This document shows positions 40,746 through 49,477 of a DNA stretch of 52,567 nt, in pieces; position 1 is the first letter of the stretch, and each line of letters opens with the position of its first letter. Under the pieces are notes generated by a model, which was not told where the DNA came from, made no database searches, and saw only the letters and a program-made list of their open reading frames with translations. The DNA comes from an uncultured Beijerinckiaceae bacterium (GTDB lineage: Bacteria > Pseudomonadota > Alphaproteobacteria > Rhizobiales > Beijerinckiaceae). The translations under genes and the position numbers were made by a program. The stretch lies in contig CAXTFG010000001.1 in the NCBI GenBank assembly GCA_964243415.1, forward strand, positions 1 to 52,567, read 5' to 3'.

Positions 40746-40761
40746 GTTAAGAAGCCTTTAA
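40746..40761 (-). promoter_or_regulatory. CtrA-binding site
   Basis: Minus strand reads TTAA-AGGCTTC-TTAAC, the exact TTAA-N7-TTAAC consensus, in an intergenic position. Confidence 0.65.
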
Positions 40762-40807
40762 GGTTTCGGGAGCGTTTTGATCGAACACTTTCGAGAGAGA
40801 CATTCCG

Positions 40808-41044
40808 ATGAATCTCACAACAATGAATTCCCGCCAGGACATGGAGGCGATGTCGAGCCCGTTTTGGTTCGACCTCTGGCAAAATGGCGGATGGTCGCGC
40901 AGGGTCGCTCGGAATTGGTCGCAGGATTCAGCGTATCGTTGTAAGGACACAAGCTACTTGAACGTTGTTATTCCGACACTCGCGCCGCACGAAAAAGATT
41001 TCGTCGAGCGGGTTCTCGAAGAAGAACGGCGGCAGTGCGCCTGA
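40808..41044 (+). CDS. Hypothetical small protein (up to 78 aa)
   Basis: ORF directly after the CtrA box, with AGGA and GGAGG RBS-like motifs before internal ATGs and a protein-like composition. Confidence 0.4.
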   Translation: MNLTTMNSRQDMEAMSSPFWFDLWQNGGWSRRVARNWSQDSAYRCKDTSYLNVVIPTLAPHEKDFVERVLEEERRQCA

Positions 41045-41156
41045 GGCGCTTTGTGGTATCGCGGTTCGGACTGAAAGCAATCGCGCCTCTTCGAGCGAGG
41101 CTCCAGATATCGCCCAGCCTTGCGCGGAGCTGATGAGTTGCGCTCGCGCGTGATAC

Positions 41157-41495
41157 GTGCTGTCGAAGAGTGCTACGGCTGAAAGCCTAGCCGTAGCTGA
41201 CCCGAGCCGGTCGACGACCGCCTCCTGCACGAGAAGGCGTCCTGTGTACGTCGAGGAGATGATGGCGCTCGTGCGCCTGTCGGAACACAACGAAGCGATT
41301 GTGGCGGATCTGGCCAAGACTGTCCTTTCGCTTGTCGAACAATTGAAAGACGCCAACCTCCGCGCTGATCTCGCCGAGGCGTCACTCGAACTCGAGTTGA
41401 AAAGATCGGGCGAACTCTCGCACAAGCTTTCTCGAAGCGAAGGCGGGGGATCTCCGCGCCTTCCTCGCAACTCCTTCGATTTCGGACGATATTAG
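41157..41495 (+). CDS. Hypothetical small coiled-coil protein
   Basis: Heptad-like stretch LAKTVLSLVEQLKDANLRADLAEASLELELKR. Start is uncertain (GAGGAG at about 41253). Confidence 0.35.
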   Translation: MLSKSATAESLAVADPSRSTTASCTRRRPVYVEEMMALVRLSEHNEAIVADLAKTVLSLVEQLKDANLRADLAEASLELELKRSGELSHKLSRSEGGGSPRLPRNSFDFGRY

Positions 41496-41867
41496 GATCT
41501 TGCACCGCCTGTGCTCGAATACGCGATCCCTCGAGCTCGCGCGGGCTTTCGCCGCCTCACGTCCAATGACAGTCCTGGCCTTTGCGGAGGTAATTTGGCG
41601 GGAGGCTACAGACCGAGCAGGCCGAACGGCGACGCGTCTGATTTTTGGAAAAGAGATCGAAAGCGACTCGGCAACGGCCGCGAAACTCAGGTATTCCGCT
41701 TGAACGTCATTTCTGCGAAGGAATAGGCACGATGGCCGCATCTGAACGGCCGTCACTCGGAAGGGTGCGGCGCTGCTTTCAGCTCTCCTCGGTCAGCACA
41801 GCGAGATGCAGCAAACCTCGATGATGCGCGAGAAAAACCCACTCTGGGTCGTTGAGCGGAGGTAGCC

Positions 41868-42074
41868 TTGGAAGGCGACGAGTGGGAATATCAGGTGCGC
41901 CATCGCGCTTACGAACTCTGGAACGCCGCTGGTCGTCCGGACGGCAAGCACCTCCAGTTCTGGGAAGCAGCCGAGCAAGAACTGAAGACATCGCATGTGG
42001 CGGACGTAACGGACGACCAAGGCGCCGATATCCTCGACGCTCGTCCTTACGACAGCCCGAGGAACAAGAAGTAG
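41868..42074 (+). CDS. DUF2934 domain protein
   Basis: VRHRAYELWNAAGRPDG...FWEAAEQEL signature; GGAGGT RBS before the TTG start. Confidence 0.85.
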   Translation: MEGDEWEYQVRHRAYELWNAAGRPDGKHLQFWEAAEQELKTSHVADVTDDQGADILDARPYDSPRNKK

Positions 42075-42175
42075 CGTCGAGGCGCAAAGGAGAAGCATTG
42101 CCCGCTGCGACGAGTCGTTGGAGGGTCAGCCGGAGTGGACAGATTGCGGAGCGCGCCCGGCGTTGATCCGGACCG

Positions 42176-43018
42176 CTATGTGATCATGGTCTCGCGCAGG
42201 GCCGTCTCGCAGCACGGTCGCCAAGCTTGCATGAACGCCTCAATAAGGTCGAGCGAGGCGCGGGCGCCATTGCAAAGACCCTTTTCGAAGGTGTTATCGT
42301 TCCTATCCAAACTATTTGTGATATGCGCGATGCACAGCACAGGATGGCCCGTCGCCTTCGAGAAAGCATAGAGCGCAGCCGCCTCCATCTCGACCGCGGC
42401 CGCCCCGGCCGCCACGCGCGTGGCGATCGCGCGCTCCGTTTCGCGGTAGGGCGCGTCAGTGGTCCAGCTTGAACCGCGATGGATCTCGTGACGGAGCGGG
42501 GCGAAGCTGCGCAGGGCAAGCGCGACCAGAGAGGGATCGGCATCGGCCCATTCCGAAGGGGGGAGGTAGTGATAGCTTGTTCCCTCGTCGCGCAAAGCAC
42601 GTTCGATCACGACGTGATACGGCGGTTCGCCGATGGCGCGGAGTTGGCCGGCCGATGTGACGCTGATCAGGAGTTCGCACCCGGACGCGAAAGCCTGTTC
42701 CGCGCAGAGCACCGCGAACGAAGCGCCAACAGCGTGACCAATGACGCCGACGCGCAGGCCGCCGACTTGCCATTCCCACATCCTGGTGTGGAAGCAGCCC
42801 CAGTCCCGGGACGCGGTCGCGCCCAGCTCCGTTCGAGCGTATTCGACCAGATCGCCGTCCGGATCCAGGATGCAGACCGTGGGAACGGGGCCGGACCGCA
42901 GGTTCATCTGACGCCGCGCCTCTCGCATGGTGACCTCGGGACGAAAGACCGAGGCATCGCGAAAATCGTCACGTTCGAGCAGCGGGATCTGGTCTTTCGC
43001 AGACCGCATGACCTTCAT
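42176..43018 (-). CDS. Nucleoside phosphorylase (PNP/UDP family)
   Basis: VGASFAV, TSAG, RDEGTSYHY, WTTDAPYRET and VEMEAA. GGAGGT RBS; ATGA overlap with the GT2 stop. Confidence 0.88.
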   Translation of the reverse strand: MKVMRSAKDQIPLLERDDFRDASVFRPEVTMREARRQMNLRSGPVPTVCILDPDGDLVEYARTELGATASRDWGCFHTRMWEWQVGGLRVGVIGHAVGASFAVLCAEQAFASGCELLISVTSAGQLRAIGEPPYHVVIERALRDEGTSYHYLPPSEWADADPSLVALALRSFAPLRHEIHRGSSWTTDAPYRETERAIATRVAAGAAAVEMEAAALYAFSKATGHPVLCIAHITNSLDRNDNTFEKGLCNGARASLDLIEAFMQAWRPCCETALRETMIT

Positions 43019-43707
43019 CCGCGTACCTCCATAGACGTCCGCGCAAAAGTCGCCACTATTCGAACGCCAGCACGGCAAGTGCCGCGAATGGATCCAGCCA
43101 CCTTGGACACACCTCCCGTTCGACGCCGACAAGAGACCGGGATTTCGAGAATACGCAGCTTCTCGCGCGCCGCCCTCATCTGCATTTCCAGGTTCCAGCC
43201 GTATGTCATTTCACGCGGCTTGAGTGCCAGAAGGGTCTCGCGTCCGATTGCTCGGAAAGCGCACATGTCGGTGTAGCGGACGCCATAGCGCGTCTTCATC
43301 GCCAAGCCGATCGCGTGGCCTGCGAGCACTTGATGCAAGCCCATGCTGCCCGGCTCGCGCGCGCCACGCGTCCGCGAGCCAATGACAAAATCGTACGTGC
43401 CGTCGAGAATAGGCATGACGATCTCGGGGATCGCGGCTGGATCGTCGGCGCCATCTCCGTCCATGAAGACGACGACAGCGTTCGGTGCCGCCATCTCGGT
43501 CGCACGCAAGCACGCGCGCCCGTATCCTCGACCGGCCTCGATCACGCGCGCCCCGTGCCGGACGGCTACATCTTGCGTGCCATCGGTGCTCCCGCCGTCG
43601 GCGACAATCATATCATCGACGAAGCTCTTCGGGACCGCGGCGAGCAACGGCCCGATCGACATCGCCTCGTTGAGGGTCGGGATCGCAAGTACCACCGGTC
43701 GCCTCAC
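43015..43707 (-). CDS. Glycosyltransferase family 2 (DPM1-like)
   Basis: IPTLNE, DGGSTDGT, GYGRAC, FMDGDGAD (DxD), VIGSR, YTD and SKV. Starts immediately after the radical SAM stop. Confidence 0.92.
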   Translation of the reverse strand: MRRPVVLAIPTLNEAMSIGPLLAAVPKSFVDDMIVADGGSTDGTQDVAVRHGARVIEAGRGYGRACLRATEMAAPNAVVVFMDGDGADDPAAIPEIVMPILDGTYDFVIGSRTRGAREPGSMGLHQVLAGHAIGLAMKTRYGVRYTDMCAFRAIGRETLLALKPREMTYGWNLEMQMRAAREKLRILEIPVSCRRRTGGVSKVAGSIRGTCRAGVRIVATFARTSMEVRG

Positions 43708-44775
43708 CTAGAGGCTCCAGCGCAGTCCGCAACTCGCGCAGGCCTTCGGCGGCTTGTCCGAGACGAGAGCTTGGCGAAAGTCCGTGTAGGCTTCTCCGTT
43801 CCAAATGTCGTGCAACGTCTGCTGCGTCGCGTCACCGAGCGTGTAGTTCTCATACCCGCGTTGAGAAAACGGTGCGATGCAGCAGGGCAGGGCGCGGCCG
43901 TTCGCCGTGAAATACATGACGCTCCACGGACGACGACAGAGCGACCAGGGCGAGCTGCTATCGGACCGCTTTAGGCTCATCCCCGGCTCCGATGCCGCGC
44001 CGGACGCCGAGAAGGAAAGACCGAGCGAACGAGCGAGCGCCTCGGCATCGGCGATATGACGGCTCTCCTCGCTGTCGAGCTTTTCGTAAAGCGCCTGATC
44101 AGGACTCGCGAGGCCGTTCGCGTCATCCTCGAAAAAGACGAGACGCTGCAGGTACACTTCCTTGACGCCGATTTCGGCGGCGACCCGGACGAAATCGGGA
44201 AGTTCCGCGATAGTCTCTTTAAGGCCTGTCAGCCACGCCGAGACGCGCGGCAATGTATGACCCTCACGTTCCTGGATCTCGCGGAATTTCGTGACGTTAA
44301 AGAGGATACGTTGGAAGTAGTTTTTGCCGCGCACGGCAAGATAGGAGGTTGGGTTGGACGCGTCGAGTGAAACGCGGAGCTCGTCTAACCCCGCATCGAT
44401 CATCGCTCGTCCGTTCTTTTCGGTCAGCAACGTTCCGTTGGTGTTGAAGAGCGTGTAGACGCCGCGATCCTTCAGATAGCGAACCATTTGCGGAAGATTC
44501 TTGACCAGCATCGGCTCGCCGACGCCGTGCAGAACGGCGCGTCGCACGTCGGGCATCTGGTCGACGATCGTGGTGAAGAGCTCCCAAGACATATCGGCCG
44601 GAGGCTCAAGCTCGACATATGTGCGCGGGCAGGTGGTGCAGAGAAGGTTGCAGCGGTTCGTGACTTCCAAGTACAAGCAGACCGGGCCGCGTTGCGTCTG
44701 CGTTCCACGCGGGGGCGCAACCTTCTCGAAATAGCGACGCGGGTCGGATACCGTTTCGGCAGTTAAGGTCGACAT
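43708..44775 (-). CDS. Radical SAM enzyme with SPASM/Twitch C-terminal domain
   Basis: CNLLCTTC (CX3CX2C), GVGEP, NTNG and VSLD; C-terminal CRRPW...NG...PCC...LG...IWNG...CASC. Confidence 0.93.
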   Translation of the reverse strand: MSTLTAETVSDPRRYFEKVAPPRGTQTQRGPVCLYLEVTNRCNLLCTTCPRTYVELEPPADMSWELFTTIVDQMPDVRRAVLHGVGEPMLVKNLPQMVRYLKDRGVYTLFNTNGTLLTEKNGRAMIDAGLDELRVSLDASNPTSYLAVRGKNYFQRILFNVTKFREIQEREGHTLPRVSAWLTGLKETIAELPDFVRVAAEIGVKEVYLQRLVFFEDDANGLASPDQALYEKLDSEESRHIADAEALARSLGLSFSASGAASEPGMSLKRSDSSSPWSLCRRPWSVMYFTANGRALPCCIAPFSQRGYENYTLGDATQQTLHDIWNGEAYTDFRQALVSDKPPKACASCGLRWSL

Positions 44776-44777
44776 GG

Positions 44778-44939
44778 TTAGCCTTTGGCCCTGCGTTGTC
44801 GCCTGGATGCGGCGATGTCGGCGGTGATGAGAAAAGTGCCCCGCTCGGAATTTGGATCGGTCGCGCCATCATGGTGCTGCGCACCTACGCGACCGTGCGT
44901 TAACGCACGATGACTGGCGAGAGCTGCGATGGCGTTCAT
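44778..44939 (-). CDS. Hidden 53-aa ORF (candidate peptide or gene remnant)
   Basis: MNAIAALASHRALTHGRVGAQHHDGATDPNSERGTFLITADIAASRRQRRAKG*. Starts 8 nt after the DUF2064 stop and ends 2 nt before the radical SAM ATG. Confidence 0.4.
   Translation of the reverse strand: MNAIAALASHRALTHGRVGAQHHDGATDPNSERGTFLITADIAASRRQRRAKG
44894..44909. repeat. Perfect 16-bp palindrome CGTGCGTTAACGCACG
   Basis: Directly visible; about 120 bp upstream of the radical SAM start. Confidence 0.8.
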
Positions 44940-44947
44940 GGCAGAAT

Positions 44948-45772
44948 TCAAGCCTCACTGGTCTGATAGCTGGCACCGACACCCATCGAGGCCAGCAGGT
45001 CATATGAATGACGCGCTTCGCCACGAAGCTGACCCAGCGCACCAAACGGCAAGCCTGCAAACAATTCGTCCCGAAGCATTGCCAGAGATGCAGAGTCGTC
45101 GACGTCGTACCAGGTCGGAAGCACCGAAACCTCTAGTCCGATGCTTGCGGCCTTTTCGAGCGTCTGTTCGAAAACCAGGTCGGTGCTCCATGCGATGTCA
45201 TCGAAACAATCGGAGTAGAGGCGTTTGGCTCCGACCAGATAATAGCCGCCGTCGGTGGAGGGGCCAAGGACGAGTCGTTCGCCGGGCTCCTCCAGCTTGG
45301 CGGCCGCCTGAACGAGGATCGATGGCGGCAGAGTTGGGCTATCCGCATTGATCAGGCAGGCACACACGTGACCGCGAGCCAGAACTCCCTCGAAGGCTTG
45401 CTTCAGCGTCTCCCCGAAACTGGGCTGCCACGCTTCGAGAAGACCGAAACCGCGCGGGAGAAATTCGAAGAATGCCCCTTCGCCCGGAGGACCGTAAGCC
45501 ATATAGCCGCATATCTGCGCAGAACGGGCGGCCTGCAGGATGTTGGCAGCTGCGTCTTTCAAAAACGCAGTGTTCAACCGAGCGGCCGCATCGAGTCCGA
45601 TGCAGGGTGCCAATCGCGTCTTCGTCAATCCGGCCTTCGAGGCTTTGGCCATAATAGCGATGCCGCAACTACCGTCCATCAACGAGATCACCCAATCGGT
45701 GGAACGACTCGCGTCTGATAATGATCCGTTTCCGTTGGACCGGCTTGCCGTAAAGGGCGCTTCGTTCAGCAT
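44948..45772 (-). CDS. DUF2064/TIGR04282-like GT-A-fold (CofC-like) protein
   Basis: MAKA...TKTRL, INADSPTLP, LGPSTDGGYYLVG, IAWST and WYDVDD. True start may be ATG 45679. Confidence 0.88.
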   Translation of the reverse strand: MLNEAPFTASRSNGNGSLSDASRSTDWVISLMDGSCGIAIMAKASKAGLTKTRLAPCIGLDAAARLNTAFLKDAAANILQAARSAQICGYMAYGPPGEGAFFEFLPRGFGLLEAWQPSFGETLKQAFEGVLARGHVCACLINADSPTLPPSILVQAAAKLEEPGERLVLGPSTDGGYYLVGAKRLYSDCFDDIAWSTDLVFEQTLEKAASIGLEVSVLPTWYDVDDSASLAMLRDELFAGLPFGALGQLRGEARHSYDLLASMGVGASYQTSEA

Positions 45773-46218
45773 ACTCGCTTGATACTGAAGTACCTTCCTG
45801 GAAAGGCCGCGACTTGTGGAGGATCACGAGAAGTGCTGCCCCTATATAATGTGGCGCGACTACAACAGAGTAGCAAAGCCTGCGCCATCGGCCGCAGGTT
45901 CACCGCGGCGACTTACATTAGCGGGTTGCAGGCAGATCCACTGCATCAAACGCTATCTTGTTGGTGTCCGGGTCGTGAACTCGTCCAATCCTTTCGGGCC
46001 GACCTCCGTCGTGTCCGACATAATCTCCTTCCGCGGTGCGCGCCAGAGATTTGAAGGATGAGGTCTCGATCCGCTCTGGGCTCGCGCGGTTGAGAACCTG
46101 CACGGTCTTTTTGCAGGGGCAGCTTGCCCGACATGACACGAACCGTTTACGTCGGCGATGTGCGTGAGCCGCGATGGCAGCCGGTTGAAGGCCAGGCGCG
46201 GGATGGAGCGGAAGCCGC

Positions 46219-47532
46219 ATGCAAGCGCGTGGCAGGCATCAGGAAGCGGGAAAGGCGTCACTCGTCGCCGCCCTGTTTTCAGATCGGCGGGTCGCGACCA
46301 TGCTGGGGCTTGGCTTCAGCTCAGGGATCCCGTTCCTTCTCGTCTACGTGACGCAGGCGGCTTGGCTTTCTGAGGCCAAGGTGCCGCTCGCGATTATCGG
46401 GCTCATGAGCGAGCTGACCCTGGCCTATAAGTTCAAGTTCGTCTGGTCGCCCTTTCTCGACCGCTACGACGCCCCTCTCCTCGGGCGTCTTCTGGGTCGG
46501 CGCCGAGGCTGGATCATCGCGTCGCAGATCGGGGTCGCGCTGGCACTGGCGGGTGTCGCCTTCGGTGATCCTGCGCATTGGCTGGTCTGGACGGTTCTCT
46601 TCTCCCTCGCCCTCGGGTTCGCCGGAGCGACGCAGGATGTCGTGATCGACGGCTGGCGCATCACCGTTGCACCGGTCGAGCGACAGGCATTGATGACGTC
46701 CTGGGCGGAGGTTGGTTTTCGCGTCGGCAACCTCGTTGCCGGAGCCGGTGCGTTGCTGCTCGCGGACCGTGTCGGGTGGCGCACTGCCTACCTCTGCATG
46801 GCTGCGCTGATGGCGCCCGGCATGATCGCCGCCCTGCTTGCGCCAGAACCGAAGTCCGATGAGGATGTCGCCCACGACGGTCCAGGCTTCGTCGAGACGA
46901 TCGTGGCGCCGATCAGGGAGATCGTGACGCGGCTTGGCCCGCTGGCCATCCCGATCCTCCTCATGGTGGCCGGCTTCCGGATGCCCGGTTACGTTTCGAG
47001 TGCGATGGCAATCCCGCTCTTCAAAACGCTTCACTATTCCAATACGGACATCGCGACGGTCACCAAGCTTTTCGGCTTCTGGGTCGCGCTCGCGGGCACG
47101 TTTCTCGCCAGCTACATGGTGCCCAGGATCGGCATCATGGCGAGTTTGCTCGTCGGCACAGTTGCCGGATCGGCGTCGCACCTCAGCCTGGCCTGGCTGG
47201 CAGCACATGGCGATCGCGGAGGCGGTGAGTTTTGGGTCTTCGCCGTTGCCGTCAGCATCGACAGCTTCGCCTATGCCTTCGCGTCTATCATCCTGATCAC
47301 CTACATGTCTTCCCTGGCCTCGACGGCGCTGGCCGCGAGCCAGTATGCGCTGCTCACGTCGCTGTGCGCTTTTCCCGGCAGCCTGCTTGCCGGGACCTCG
47401 GGCTTCGTGATCGAGCGCCTCGGCTTTGTCGCCTACTTCGTTTCGACATCGTTGATTGGGATTCCTGTCGCCATGCTGGTCTGGTACGTCTGGCACCTCC
47501 ACGCCGAACGGCCCCTACAGCCGGCGCTGTAG
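46219..47532 (+). CDS. ampG: AmpG-family MFS muropeptide permease
   Basis: LGFSSGIPFLL, KFVWSPFLD, GRRRGW, ATQDVVIDGWRI and SQYALLTSL. Confidence 0.88.
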   Translation: MQARGRHQEAGKASLVAALFSDRRVATMLGLGFSSGIPFLLVYVTQAAWLSEAKVPLAIIGLMSELTLAYKFKFVWSPFLDRYDAPLLGRLLGRRRGWIIASQIGVALALAGVAFGDPAHWLVWTVLFSLALGFAGATQDVVIDGWRITVAPVERQALMTSWAEVGFRVGNLVAGAGALLLADRVGWRTAYLCMAALMAPGMIAALLAPEPKSDEDVAHDGPGFVETIVAPIREIVTRLGPLAIPILLMVAGFRMPGYVSSAMAIPLFKTLHYSNTDIATVTKLFGFWVALAGTFLASYMVPRIGIMASLLVGTVAGSASHLSLAWLAAHGDRGGGEFWVFAVAVSIDSFAYAFASIILITYMSSLASTALAASQYALLTSLCAFPGSLLAGTSGFVIERLGFVAYFVSTSLIGIPVAMLVWYVWHLHAERPLQPAL

Positions 47533-47596
47533 ACGCAAGACCAAGCGCTCTGTTTGACGGCAACGGTGCCTGACCTTTGCGCGACGCGTGACAGAC

Positions 47597-49477
47597 TTAC
47601 GATGTCGCGTTCACACACTCGCGCACCTTGGCGGCGAGCTGAGCGATGGTGAAGGGCTTGCTGATCAGCTGAACGCCGGGATCGATTACGCCGTTGTGGA
47701 CGATCGAATTGCGAGTATAGCCGGTCATATAGAGCGCCTTGAGGCCTGGGCGCAGTTCCCGCGCCTTCTCGACGAGCTGCTTGCCGGTGAGCTGCGGCAT
47801 GACCACGTCCGTCAACAACAGGGAGATTTCCTGCTGGCGCTCGAATATTCGCAGCGCATCCATCCCATTGCTCGCGTGAATGACCGTGTAGTTGAGATCA
47901 CGAAGAGCATCGACGGTGAGGCGCCGTACGCCGTCCTCGTCTTCGACCACGAGGATGATTTGGCGCGCCTCGCCCAGAGGCAGTTCGGCAGTGGCAGCGG
48001 ACGCCGATATAGGGCTCGCCTTAAGAGCCGCGTCGAAACAACGAGGCAGGTACAGCTTGACCGTCGTGCCCTGTCCCGGTTCCGAGTACATCTTGACGTG
48101 TCCGCCGGACTGCTTGACGAAACCGTAGACTTGGCTCAACCCGAGCCCGGTTCCCTTGCCGACGGCCTTCGTCGTGAAAAAGGGTTCGAAGGACCTGCGC
48201 AGGATGTCTGCGCTCATGCCGAGGCCGGAGTCGCTTAAGGCGACCATGACATACTGTCCGGCCGTAACCTCGACATGTTCGGCCGCATAGGCTTCATCAA
48301 GGTGCGCGTTTCCCGTTTCGAGCGTGATCTTGCCGCCTTCCGGCATTGCATCGCGCGCATTGACGGCCAGGTTGAGGATCGCGCTCTCAAGCTGGTTGGC
48401 ATCGACCTTCGTGTACCAAAGGCCGCCGCCGAGCACTGTCTCCACTTGCACGGTCTCGCCGATTGTTCGGCGCAGCAGTTCCGACAAGCCCGGTAGCAAC
48501 TTATTGAGGTGCAGAACTTCGGGGGAGAGCGGCTGCCGGCGCGAAAACGAGAGCAACCGATGCGTAAGATTCGTGGCACGCTCGGCGCCGTCCAGCGCCA
48601 TGGCGATATAGGTGCGCAGCTTGGCTTCACCCTGGTCTACCCTGCGACTCATCATGTTCAAGCTGCCGATGATGATTGCCAGCATGTTGTTGAAGTCGTG
48701 GGCTAAGCCTCCGGTGAGCTGCCCGACAGCCTCCATCTTCTGCGCTTGCCTAAGTTGGTCCTCTAACTTGCCTCGCCGTTCTGCCGCAGAGGCGAGCTCG
48801 ACGATGGCAACCTCTCGCTCTTCATTAAGCGCGATCAGGCGCCGTTCGCGTGTGCGCGCATCGTGCAAGACGAATCCCGCAGCGGCAATCGAGGCGAGGA
48901 TCGCGATGAAAATGGATAGTTCGGCCAACTCTCCGGTAAACTTCGCGCTTTGTTCCCTCTCAAGAATGCGGTGATCGAGGACGCTCCTGAGTTCGGCAAC
49001 GAGCGAGCGGGCCTGTTCCATCAGGTGAAGCCCTTCGTCCGTATCGACAACCGCAAGAGCCGCCTGGTTGTCGCCGGACTGTTTCAGGTCGATCGTGCGC
49101 TCGAGCTCTTCCATCTTGCGCGTCGCGGCCGATCTCAGCGTACCGAGCAGACGGAGCGCCGCCGGTTCCCCTCTGAGCGCGGCTTCGAGCCCGTGGAGGC
49201 GAGGCTCCAGCTCGTGGGTAGCGACGAGATAAGGCGCGAAATACGCCGGTTCGCCTTTGAGCAAGAAACCGCGCTGGCCCGTTTCGGCGTCTTGTAGCGT
49301 CGAAAACAGGTCGAGTACGTTGCTCCGCGCCGTCATCGCGGCGGCGATCGCCCGAATGTCGTTCTCCTGTTTGGAGACGAGGAAGGCCGTCACGACGGCG
49401 ACGGCGAAGAGAAACGCGAATGCGCAGGCGAGGGGCACCAGAGCACGGACGCTTGTTTTCGAGGCAAAGACTTTCAC
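47597..49477 (-). CDS. CHASE3-domain hybrid histidine kinase/receiver
   Basis: LQDAETGQRGFLL, QKMEAVGQLTGGLAHDFNN, NLAVNARDAM, EPFFTTK..GKGTGLGL and a C-terminal receiver (LLTDVVMP). Start is uncertain. Confidence 0.92.
   Translation of the reverse strand: MKVFASKTSVRALVPLACAFAFLFAVAVVTAFLVSKQENDIRAIAAAMTARSNVLDLFSTLQDAETGQRGFLLKGEPAYFAPYLVATHELEPRLHGLEAALRGEPAALRLLGTLRSAATRKMEELERTIDLKQSGDNQAALAVVDTDEGLHLMEQARSLVAELRSVLDHRILEREQSAKFTGELAELSIFIAILASIAAAGFVLHDARTRERRLIALNEEREVAIVELASAAERRGKLEDQLRQAQKMEAVGQLTGGLAHDFNNMLAIIIGSLNMMSRRVDQGEAKLRTYIAMALDGAERATNLTHRLLSFSRRQPLSPEVLHLNKLLPGLSELLRRTIGETVQVETVLGGGLWYTKVDANQLESAILNLAVNARDAMPEGGKITLETGNAHLDEAYAAEHVEVTAGQYVMVALSDSGLGMSADILRRSFEPFFTTKAVGKGTGLGLSQVYGFVKQSGGHVKMYSEPGQGTTVKLYLPRCFDAALKASPISASAATAELPLGEARQIILVVEDEDGVRRLTVDALRDLNYTVIHASNGMDALRIFERQQEISLLLTDVVMPQLTGKQLVEKARELRPGLKALYMTGYTRNSIVHNGVIDPGVQLISKPFTIAQLAAKVRECVNATS

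Noticed and set aside
41496-41860. Several short overlapping ORFs (41500..41703, 41511..41726, 41382..41756)
   Set aside because: No RBS, motif or compositional support to choose any of them.
42176-44775. Calling the operon hpnG/hpnH/hpnI or arsS
   Set aside because: The radical SAM and GT2 do not show features I recognise for HpnH, HpnI or ArsS, and no shc or arsM is nearby. Used only as a chemical analogy.
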